Position numbers and translations under genes: made by a program. The notes under the pieces are model-generated. The model searched no databases. It saw only the letters and a program-made list of their open reading frames with translations, and was not told the origin of the DNA. A DNA stretch of 63,229 nt, counting the filler, from Chiloscyllium plagiosum (taxonomy: Eukaryota), in NCBI RefSeq assembly GCF_004010195.1. It is 5 parts of one record of this genome, joined end to end, with 100 filler letters (N's around TTAATTAATTAA, not from the genome) between each part and the next. Parts side by side here need not be neighbours in the genome. Positions count along the whole stretch, not along the records: positions 1 to 21,607 come from NC_057714.1; 4 more parts are not named here. One strand, written 5' to 3'. This document shows, piece after piece, positions 1 through 9,974 of this stretch; the stretch's first letter is position 1; each line of letters starts with the position of its first letter.

Positions 1-360
1 TCAAACGCCTTACTGAAGTCCATATAGATCACATCTACCACTCTGCCCTCATCAATCTTCTTTGTAACTTCTCCAAAAAACTCAGTCAAGTTTGTGAGAC
101 ATGATTTCCCACGCACAAAGCCATGTTGACTATCCCTAATCAGTCCTTGCCTTTCCAAATACATGTACATCCTGTCCTTCAGGATTCCCTCCAACAACTT
201 GCCCATCATTGAGGTCAGGCTCACTGGTCTATAGTTCCCTGGCTTGTCTTTATTGCCCTTCTTAAACAGTGGCATCACGTTTGCCAACCTCGCGTCTTCG
301 GGCACCTCACCTGTGACTATCGATGATACAAATATCTCAGCAAGAGACCCAGCAATCACT
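1..360 (-). mobile_element. CR1/HER1-like LINE RT fragment
   Basis: Minus strand reads the NYRPVSLT / SQHGF / DFSKAF region of CR1 RT. Confidence 0.8.
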
Positions 361-659
361 TCTCAGATGCTGCCAGACCTGCTGAGATTTTCCAGCATTT
401 TCTCTTTTGGTTTCAGATTCCAGCATCCGCAGTAATTTGCTTTTATTAAATTAAGAACGGAATTTACTATGATCAGAAATTTTGCACTGGAGCCTAAGGA
501 TGATAGACAATGAAATCTCAAGGTAGTGATTACACTTTGCGATTCTAATGGGACATTCCCAATTTGTGATTTAAATAAAAACTACCTGCCTGATTTTCTT
601 TATTAGTTCATGGTATGTGTGCTTTGCTGACTGGTTAGCAGTTATTGTCCATTCTCAAT

Positions 660-1760
660 TAGTCATAGTCATAGAGCTGTACAGCATGGAAATAGCCCCT
701 TAGGTCCAACTCATCCAAGCCGACCAGATATCCTAAATTAATCAAGATTTGGAGATGCCGATGTTGGACTGGGGTGTACCAAGTTAAAAATCACACAACA
801 CCAGGTTATAGTCCAACAGGTTTATTTGGAAGCACTAGCTTTTGGAGCGCTGCTCCTTCATCAGGTGTTGTTAATCAAGTCCTGTTTGCCAGCATTTGGC
901 CTATATCCTGCTAAACCCTTCCCATACAAATACCCATCCAGATGCATTTTAAATGTTGTAATTGTACCACCCTCCACCGCTGTCTCTGGCAGCTCATTCC
1001 ATACATGCACCATCTTAGTTCCCCTTAGGTCTGTTTTAAATATTTCCCTCTCACCTTAAACTGATGCCCTGTAGTTTTGGATTCCCCCACCCTGGGGAAA
1101 AGACCTTGGCTGTTCACCTCTCCATGTCCCTCATGATTTTTTAAACCTCTAAAATATTACCCCTCAGCCTCTGCGCTCCAGGAAAAATAGCCCTGGTCTA
1201 TTCAGCCTTACCCTATAGTTCAAACCCTCCAACCCTGACAACATCCTTGTAAATCTTTTCTGAACCCTTTCAAGTTTCACAACATCTTTCCTACAGCAGG
1301 AAGATGAGAATTGCATGTGGTATTCCAAAAGTGGCCTAATCAATGACTCGTACAGCTGCAACATGACCTCCCACCGCCTATACTCAGTGCACTGACCAAT
1401 AAAGACAAACATATCAAATGCCTTCTTCACTATCCTATCTACCTATGACTCCACTTTGAAGGAACTGTGAACCTGCACTCCAAGGTCTCTTTATTCAGCA
1501 ACACTCCCCAGGACCTTACCATTAATGAATATGTCCTTTCCAAAATGCAGCACCTCACGTTTATCTAAATTAAACTCCCATCTGCCACTCCTCAGCCCAT
1601 CTGGTGAAAGTCCCTTCTTCGCTGTCCATTACACCTCCAATTTGGTGTCATCTGCAAACTTATTAACTATACCTCCTATGTTCACATCCAAATCATTTAT
1701 ATAAATGATGAAAAGCAGTGGACCCAATACTGCTCCTTGTGGCTAACACTCTTGGTCACC
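660..1760 (-). mobile_element. CR1/HER1-like LINE 3' portion, interrupted by a Penelope-type insert at ~747-870
   Basis: ORF 1164-1430 (LQLYESLIRPLLEY...VKLERVQKRFTRML) and the HER1/HE1-type tail. Confidence 0.85.
747..870 (-). mobile_element. Penelope-type terminal-repeat fragment (family B) with hammerhead motif
   Basis: 9-bp TSD TTAATCAAG (738-746 / 871-879). Minus strand reads CAC-CUGAUGA-A-GGAGC-AGC-GCUCC-AAAA-GCUA-GUG, so G12 is mutated to A. Confidence 0.75.
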
Positions 1761-1799
1761 TGCAGAAACTTATTATTCAACACTACAATCGCAGCAGTT

Positions 1800-1995
1800 G
1801 TATGATCTTTTGATCTCTCTGCCTTTGATCTCTCTGCCTCTTAATTCTGTGTATGTGTGCTCTTTTCACTCACCACCTAACGAGGGGCTATGCTCCTAAA
1901 ACTTGTGATTCCAAATAAACCTGTTGGACTATAACCTGGTGTTGTGTGACTTCTGACTTTGTCCATCCAGTCCAATATCAGTACCTCCACATTGT
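1800..1995 (+). mobile_element. Penelope-type terminal repeat (family B) with decayed hammerhead
   Basis: Same family as 747-870 and 49551-49717 (ccaaataaacctgttggactataacctggtgttgtg); core degenerate. Confidence 0.65.
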
Positions 1996-2779
1996 GAACA
2001 TTAGTGAGTAGGTTATTGCTAAATGCTGCTTGAGGGCATTGTGGGTGATCCTTTCCGTGTGTGTGTGTGTGTGTGAGGAGGGTGGGGGGAGGGAGGAGTG
2101 AAGGAGAGGTGTTTGAGGTTTGTGGGAAGCAAACTGGCGGAATTGATTGTTCTTCAAATTGAGTTATTGAAAAATGACATTTTTGTACTCTTAACAACGT
2201 TAGGTCAGGGAGATATGTATATATTCCATGCATAATGTCAGGATGCATATTGAAGTGTCTTGATAATAACCATTGCTATAGATATAAAATGAATACATTG
2301 CATCGAATTACTGCAGTATACCAATCCTAGCACATCACGCAAAATTAAATTTTAGCTTCAATGATGTTATATTTTAGTCAGTCTCCAAAATATTTATGCT
2401 TAATGATATGGTGAAGCACATAGTTCACAGTTCATTTACAAATATTGTTAATTTATATTTTACAAAAATAACTTGACATTTTTGTGATTTTGAAACTTAC
2501 ATGACTTTTAAATTGTCATTGAGGGCAAAAGCTGGTGTTTCTGAATTGTGTAATTAATGAATGCTGAATAGCCTTGATAATGTCTATAACTCTGCTGTTA
2601 TGAAGAAGGATGCACTATATTTAACTTAATTGTGTCTTGTTCATCTCTATTTTCTTGCAGCGTTCTTAAAACATTGGTACAAGCTTCCTGCCCCTTCTAA
2701 AACATTCCTCCCACCATCTTCTCTTGAGCTGTGCAGGTCACAGTTTCTTTTCTCTTCCCCAGTCAGTTTATGAAGTTTC

Positions 2780-2782
2780 TTT

Positions 2783-2817
<35 letters not shown>

Positions 2818-2850
2818 TTCATTCTTTCTCTCTCTGTCTGTCTTGTCTTC
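2780..2850. repeat. (CT)n / (CTGTCT)n microsatellite
   Basis: Directly visible. Other simple repeats: (GT)n ~2057-2074, poly-C ~6958-6979, (TA/TG)n ~21540-21607, (GA)n ~41379-41412. Confidence 0.9.
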
Positions 2851-3409
2851 CCCCCCGCCTCACAGTTCTGTGTAACTGTAGTAGGAGTGTGAACAAACCA
2901 AAGCTCTGGAACACCACAAATCCAGACAAATCTGCCATTGTCGATAAAGGGCACTACATATGTGAAACAAGACCATCTCAGACTGTATTCTCTTGTCGTT
3001 ATCATCTAATTTTGGAGAAGGAACTACAAATGCAGTATTAGGTAGGGCCTGGAATTTCTGTAGATAACTTCCACGGAACACATTCTTATCCTAATCTGTG
3101 CCAGAGAATAGGATAGATGTCTGCACTTAAAATGGCAACCTGAATCCTTTACTAACATGAGCAACTGAAAGCTGCTTGCCTAGGCCAATTCCTGAGAATC
3201 ATTCAAGAACTAAAGAGAAAGCAGTTTAAAATGCCACTTTGAAAAGGAGCCACCTACCGTAGAGTCATGGAGATGTACAGCATGGAAACAGACCCTTCGG
3301 TCCAACCCAAAGAAAATGTAATTGAGCCTCTTGAGGTCTGATTGTCTCTTTCTCAGGGCTTCAGTATTACCTGGTTTAGCTCTTCGTTCAGGCTATGTAT
3401 GGAGAAGTT

Positions 3410-4365
3410 TTTCATTTATTTGTGGGGTATGGGCATCACTAGCTGGGCCAGCATTTATTGCCTGTCCCTAGTTGACTTTGAGAAGGTACTGTTAAGCTGC
3501 CTTCTTGAATTGCTGCAGTCCATGTGCTATGGTAAACCCACAATGTTGTTAGGAATGGAGTTCCAGGATTTTGACCCAGTGACACTGAAGGAATGGTGAA
3601 ATATTTCCAAGTCAGATGGTGAGTGGCTTGGAGGGGAATTTGCAGATGGTGGTGGTGTTCTCACATATCTGCTGTTGTTGTCCTTCTAAATGGAAGTGGT
3701 TGTGTACTTGGAAGTTGCTGCTTTTGGATCTTTGGTGAATTTTTGCAGTTCATCTTGGAGATAGTAACGCTGATGTTGGTGGTGGAGGGGATGGATTTTA
3801 TGATATCAATCAAATGGGCTGCTTCTTGGAGTTAGACTCATTTGAGCAAGTGGGAGTATTTCATCACACTCCTGATTTGTGCCTTGTAGATGGTGGACAG
3901 GCTTTGTCAAATCAGGAGATGAGCTATTCGCTTGGCTCTGGACTGCTCTTGTAGCCACTATAGTATATGGCGAGTCCAGTTGAAATTCTGGTCAACGGTA
4001 TCTCCCAGGATTTGGATAGTGAGGGATTCAGTGATAGTAACATTATTGAATGACAAGGGGTGGTGGATGAATTTTCTCTTACTGGAGATAGTCATTGCCT
4101 GGCATTTGTGTGGCACAAATATTACTTGCCACTTTTAAGCCCACGCCTGTTACATTTGGACAAGGACTGCCTCAATATCTGCGGAGTCACAAATGATGCT
4201 GAAAAATGTGCAATCATCAGCAAACATCCCCACCTCTGATCTGATAATGGAGGGTAGGTCATTAATGAAGCAGCTGAAGATGGTTGGGCTTAGGATACTA
4301 CCCTGAGGAACTCCTGCAGAGATGTCTTGGAGTTGAGATGACTGACCTCCAATAACCACAACCTT
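3410..4365 (-). mobile_element. L2/CR1-group LINE RT and 3' tail
   Basis: ORF 4150-4359 GVPQGSILSPTIFSCFINDLP...GMFADD. Continues at ~4790-5175 (ORF 4925-5146). Related copies at ~13600-14500, 19270-20328 and 27620-28420. Confidence 0.75.
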
Positions 4366-4586
4366 CTTCCTGTGAACACAAGATACAACTCAGAGATAAC
4401 CACAGCCCTCCGGAATCTTCCTTCCCTCTAACTCCATCCTCTGTCCGAACCCCACCTCCAATCATGTATTTATTATTCCTCCTGACCTTCCGCTGTCCAA
4501 TGCTGAATGTTTTGTACTCAGCAAAGGTCTCTGTTTTATCCTCTGTGTCCCCACCTTATTGAATTTTGGGCATGACATGAAAGATC

Positions 4587-4624
4587 AGTTCTGAAGAAAG
4601 GTTATTGAACCTGAAACATTAACT
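4587..4624 (+). ncRNA. Minimal type I hammerhead ribozyme motif (family C)
   Basis: Stem I AGUU/AACU; core CUGAAGA 4591-4597; extra A; stem II AGGUU-AUUG-AACCU; GAAA 4613-4616; stem III C-A mismatch (likely CpG decay); triplet AUU. Confidence 0.7.
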
Positions 4625-4675
4625 CTGCTTTCTCTCCACAGATGCTACCAGATCTGCTGACCTTTTCCAGCAATG

Positions 4676-4757
4676 GGGAGAAAGTGTGGTCTGCAGATGC
4701 TGGAGATCAGACCTGAAAATGTGTTGCTGGAAAAGCGCAGTAGGTCAGGCAGCATCC
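4676..4757 (-). mobile_element. Family A Penelope-type repeat fragment nested in family C repeat
   Basis: Flanked by duplicated CCTTTTCCAGCAATG (4661-4675 / 4756-4770). Confidence 0.75.
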
Positions 4758-6119
4758 TTTTCCAGCAATGTCTGTTTTCGCTTCTTCCTGTGTGGCCAGG
4801 TGTAACTCCAGTCAGCATAGACTTTTCCCCCAATTCCCATTGATTTTGGTTTTGCGAGGGCACTTTGATGTCTTGGGTTGTCACTCACACCTCACCTCGA
4901 AAATTCAACTCTTTTTTTTCATTTTCAAACCAAGGCTGTAATGAAGTCAGGAGCTGAGTGGCCCTGGCAGAACCCAAACCGGGCACCACTGTGCAGGTTA
5001 TTGCTGAGCATGTGCTGCTTGATAGCATTGTTAATGACACTTTCAATCACTTTCCTGATGGTGAGAGTAGACTGATGGGGTGGTAATTGGCCAGGTTGGA
5101 TTTGTGCAACTTTTTGTGTACAGAATATACCTGAGAAATTTTTCATATTGATGAGTAGATGCCAGTGTTGTAGCTTAGTGACATGCAGGAATTCTGCCTT
5201 ACTGCTATATCAGAAATGGGAAAAGTATCCAACTATGGCCCCACATCTGGAATTTTAAAAATTGAATTAAATGGATTGAATCCTTGTAGGTTACAAGTTC
5301 CTGTCAATCTGTAATCTCCCATCTTCTTTCCCAGTGAACACTGAATTTTTTGTGCCTTTGAGTTCAGGAATTGCAGGGCCATAGTTTCTGTTTTGCATTG
5401 CCAAACATTCAAAACAAAATCTTGCAACTTTCTCATTTATGCAAATTACTTTCACAGTATTATTTTTCCAGTATTTGTAAATTCACTTTATTGTTGCTCA
5501 ATTTCTTCACAACAAATCATTTTCTATATGGAAGAAAGTTGAAGCAGAACTGGATAAATTGGAGTAAAGTGGTATACAGTAACTGAAAATGCAGATGATA
5601 TAAAACATGGTTATTTCTTCTAGTAATCATCCCACGTTCCAGGAATCCAAATGATTCTTAAATGAGATTATCACAGAAGTAAACTGAGTATAGACATAGC
5701 GATAGTCCTGTTCAATGTCAATGCAAATTCTTGGAAGTTATAAAGTTTATTAAATTAGGAGAAGCATATATAAGGTTGACAGTCAGAATCTTTTTCCCAG
5801 AATTGAAATGTCTAATGCTAAAGAGCATGCATTTAAGGTAAGAGGGAAAAAGTTTAAAGGAGATTTGAGGGGCAATTTCTTTAAACAGAGAGTGGTAGTA
5901 GTCTGGAATGCTCTGCTGGGTAGTTGTGAAGGCAGATATGATAGGGACATTTAAGGAGCTTTTAGATAAGCACATGATAAGCAAGGAATGAGGGATATGG
6001 ACCATGGGCAGGCAGAACAGATTAGTTTAATTTGGCATCACGTTTGCACAATGTCATGGGCCAAAGGGCGTCTTCCTGTGTTGCACTGTTCTATGTTCTA
6101 TTCAATGATCAAAAAATCA

Positions 6120-6880
6120 TTGAAGACACAAGATCTGGCGTTATGATTGGGGTGTGTGGTGTGAATGATAACATTTGTTACGCTTAGAGATGACAAAACA
6201 CTTGCAGCAAGAGAAGAAGAACCATTACAAGAACTTAGAGACTGCTAACAGGAGACAGTAACATTGGAATGAAAATGAACATTGGCAAACAAAAGAAGTA
6301 CATATTTCAAAATAACCAAGAATTTTTTATGTACAGTATTCGTAGAATAACTGAAAGGATTCAAGTATTTAGGAACATGATATCTGCAGATGGCAAATGC
6401 AACAAAGAAATCAGAACAAGGGTATCACTGGAAAAGGCTATATTTTATTAGGAGAGACAATTGGTAACTGGAAAACAACATATTACTCAAAAAAAACTTT
6501 TGAGAGTTTTATTTGGAATGTTGCTTTTATCAATGCAAAACATAGACTTTATGGAAGGAGGAGACGCTACTTGACAAATAGCTTTAAAGTTGTGGTTTAG
6601 AGAAGAAAGGAAATGATCCATTGCATAGAAAAAGCAAATGCTAAGTTTGTCTGTAGAATGAATCAACAAAGAAGTTATAGAATGTAATTAGGAAAAGGCA
6701 GGGTAAAACATATTTTAGGAAGAAACAGACTTGTACGAGGTATTATAGAGGGAAAATATCACAGGAGAAAAGAGTAAGGGGAGAGAATATCAATGCTAGA
6801 TGGCTGAAAAGTAAAAGATTATTGTCAAATGAAACAATTGTGACAAAATAGAGTGATACAGAAAGATTATTATGAGCCAA
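6120..6880 (+). mobile_element. Degenerate RTE-clade LINE RT C-terminal fragment
   Basis: NICYA..DDKTLAAREEEPLQEL, then FKYLG / MISADGKCNKEIRTRVSL with frameshifts. Confidence 0.7.
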
Positions 6881-7004
6881 GGGTATGCCTTGGTTATGGC
6901 ACTGCCCACCCACATTCACCTATTATACTCTTTGCTACCTTATCCCCAGCCCCAGCCCCCCCCCCCCCCCCCCCCCCCCTATCCCCCAAACCCCACATTT
7001 ACCA

Positions 7005-7118
7005 TGGTAAAAACAAGGACTGCAGATGCTGGAAGATGCTGCCTGACCTGCTGTGCTTTTCCAGCACCATTCTGATCTAAACTCTGGGTTCCAGCATCTG
7101 CAGTCCTCACTTTTGCCT
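7005..7118. mobile_element. Fold-back family A Penelope-type mini-repeat, hammerhead deleted
   Basis: aggactgcagatgctggaa ... ttccagcatctgcagtcct inverted arms. Confidence 0.6.
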
Positions 7119-8489
7119 GACTTATACATGTGCACTATGGTGAATTGTGAATTAAATTCATACTATGGTGAACTAGTGACGGAAAATTCTGAAAACTGCT
7201 GATTGCTGCAGAGCTCCAACCGGTTCACTCAATTGAATAAAATAGATGTTAGGTATTGACATAGGGACTACATGGGAGTCTTGAACTGAAGAATATATGA
7301 GGCCTGCTCACCTGTACCATTATCTGGCCACTACTGCTAGAGATGGCTTTCCAATGCATGTGAGGACCATCAGAATGCCTCAAAATGAAGGCATCCTCTG
7401 TAAGCTTAAAAACGTTTAGAAATAAGTGCGACTACAGTTACTGGGTCATCATTGTGGAGGTGCAGGTGCTAGATATGATGGCATGTAGTCATGGTTGTAG
7501 ATCCCTCTTTGTGAGATTAATATGAGAAATTGCTGATATTCTTGCCTCCTAATCTATCTCCATCCCACTAATAATCCAGCCACTAAAGTAGAACTCCCGT
7601 CTGGTTTAATTTACATGTGCCTTCATAGTTGATTTTCATTGCTGAGCACATTACTCAGCAATAAAAGCTACTTATTGAGATAACTCGGACAGGGCACAAA
7701 ATGTAGCTTTATCAATGTCATTTTCAATTTTTAAAAAATATATATTTATATATTGCTGCTCCATATTATTTGACTAGAGAAAACATACATTCGGAAACAA
7801 TTCCATTGGAAATCGGAAACTAAATAACATTTAGTGATAGTGAAAAACAAACCAGGCAGTTGGTACCGTCCTGATATTATAGAAATTAAGGATTAAAAAT
7901 GATCCAGGCATTCAGTTGAACTGCTGGGGTACATTTTGAATTCCATTTTGCATTATGTCCAGTTGTTCCGTAGTCTCACAAAACTTCCAGTTTGATTTTT
8001 TTTGCTGGAAAAATTTTACATGTCTAACCGTTAACTCTGTTTCTCTACCCACAACGCTGCAAAACCTCCTGAGTTTTCCCAGCACTTCCTGTTTTCTAGA
8101 AGTCAAATCTGCAGCTTACACCGTCCTTTGCTTTTGTGTTATTGTTCGTTTAATCCTGATGCAGTACTGAACGATGCCAATTGAACGCAGTAGTTTAACG
8201 TGTTTGGTATAAACAGCCTTAAGAAAGCGCCTTATACTGAACTAATACAAGCAAAACAAAATAAAACCCTTTCCAGTAAAGTTATATTCACTCCTGGCAA
8301 TTTTACCAGTTTTACGCAGGTTGATCGCTTGGAGGTGTGTGTGTGAAGAAATGTTTAATTGCATTGCTTGTTAACTCATCCTTTGATTGTCATCGCATTG
8401 GTGTTTCCAGTATGCAGCCATAAATTTTCTTTCGACATGTTGCTTTTTTTCTCATTTGAAGTGAATTGAACAAAAAACAATCAGCCAAC

Positions 8490-9070
8490 AACTGTGTCAG
8501 TTTGTGCTCTGCACCGCCCCTGGCGGGGTGCTGCTCAACGCTCTGGACTACAGAGTGTACAGGGAGGCAGGGCAATGAGTGAGCTGCCACCACCATCACC
8601 ACCGCTGTGGTCACCATTCCAGCCCGGATCACTTCCTTAAAAAACAGCACAACAGTGCTGTGCACGTACAGAGCTGCTGGGAGCCATGGCGGAGAGCGGC
8701 GGCGGTGGCGGAGGCGGAGGTGGAGGTGGAGGGGGAGGGCTCGGCGGGTTGCAGCAGGGATCGCCGGCGGTGTGTGTCGCCTCCTCGGACTCGGTGCCTC
8801 CTGTGCCGGTGTCGCTGGCTTTGCCGGTTGTCAGCTGCGCCGCGGTTGCAGAGAGCGGCCGATCCGCCGCCGCCGCCGCCGCCGCGGGGAGTCAGCAGCA
8901 ACAACAGCAGCAGCAGCGGGAGAGGATTGCGCTGAGGAAAGCGCAGCTCCGCAACTACCCCCGGACAAAGAAACTGGAAAAACTCGGCGTTTATTCCGCC
9001 TGCAAGGTACTGAGGGCAACCTGCTGATCTGAGCTGGGGGGGTGGGGGGAACGCGGGGCCGGGAATCCCC
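8490..9070 (+). promoter_or_regulatory. CpG island / KAT2B promoter and 5' UTR
   Basis: GC- and CpG-rich stretch around the start codon in otherwise CpG-depleted DNA. GC boxes (ccgcccc, ggcgggg) at ~8514-8528. TSS cannot be fixed from sequence. Confidence 0.75.
8686..9006 (+). CDS. KAT2B: KAT2B/PCAF coding exon 1 (low-complexity N-terminus plus start of PCAF-homology domain)
   Basis: Strong Kozak GAGCCATGG. Translation ends RIALRKAQLRNYPRTKKLEKLGVYSACK, matching the PCAF/GCN5 N-terminal homology region. GT donor at 9007, phase 0. Lies in a CpG island. Confidence 0.95.
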
Positions 9071-9974
9071 AGCAAACAAACTAAAGTGCCTTTCAAACAG
9101 GCTCCTCTCCGATGTAGTGACATGTCAGAATTAATTTTGTTTTGACTGTATTCGTGTCAGGTCGGCTTGTTTTGCAATAGGGGGCGGGTTTGTTTCGGTA
9201 TCTGGCACTTGTGTGTTGTAAACAATGTTAGGATCGCTACATGCTGTGTCACTTTCTAAAATTCAATGACAGGTTTTATGGCTGTAATGTGACATTCCTG
9301 TAATTTCCTCACATGCTGATGTGCGAAGTCTTGCTGTTAGATTGATAATATTTACAGTACACATTGAGTTTTTTCTTAAAGTTGTGTTTGACTTTTAGTA
9401 CCAATGAACTGCCAATGGTATAGTTGCAACATTGCAAATTTCTCCCCAAAAGACAAATGGAACTAAACATTGAACTCTGGTCAAATAACTTAATGTGATC
9501 CTTCCTTTGGTTCAGGAACCCAATTGAAGTGATGCAAACTTCAGGCTAAATGCTCATCTGAACGATTGTGGCATGTAGCCAAGCCCAACTGAGTCGCTGC
9601 ACGTACAGCACTAGGTCCAATTACAGGCGAGGCTAGTGCACGTTACAGCTTGCCTGCATATATTCTTTAAAAAGTACCAAAGGAGCAACAGTCCTGAGAG
9701 TGAGGTCCCAGGTTCACCTGTGGAATGCTGGAGACGTTAGTTCAGGGGATGGAAAGGACAATTGTCATGTTTCCACAAAGATCCTAAAAGTCAAAAGTTA
9801 GGGACGGGCAAAAAATTCTGGCCGGTTTTAAAAACTGATAGGAATGGGTAACCTTGGCATGTTGTACTGAGAACAAGTATCCAGAGCCATGTTCAGAACA
9901 GGGATGGGCACTTTGCTGTTATAGCATATTCCCACATTGATTTTGTGCCTACAGCTTGTATGGCAAACAATGTT

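Larger units (their letters stand above)
4370..4790 (+). mobile_element. Internally deleted Penelope-like element (family C): ORF N-terminal remnant fused to a hammerhead-bearing terminal repeat
   Basis: ~4469-4540 reads FIIPPDLPLSNAECFVLSKGLCFI (PLE N-terminal LSKGLxF motif). Hammerhead follows at 4587-4624. Confidence 0.65.

Noticed and set aside
2724..3081. ORFs near the CT microsatellite as a possible neighbouring gene
   Set aside because: No recognisable homology; partly microsatellite-derived.
9007..9027. ORF extension VLRATC*
   Set aside because: Read-through past the GT donor into intron 1.
8579..9123. Overlapping ORFs in other frames and strands at exon 1
   Set aside because: By-products of GC-rich triplet repeats; only the 8686 frame matches a known protein and splices in phase.
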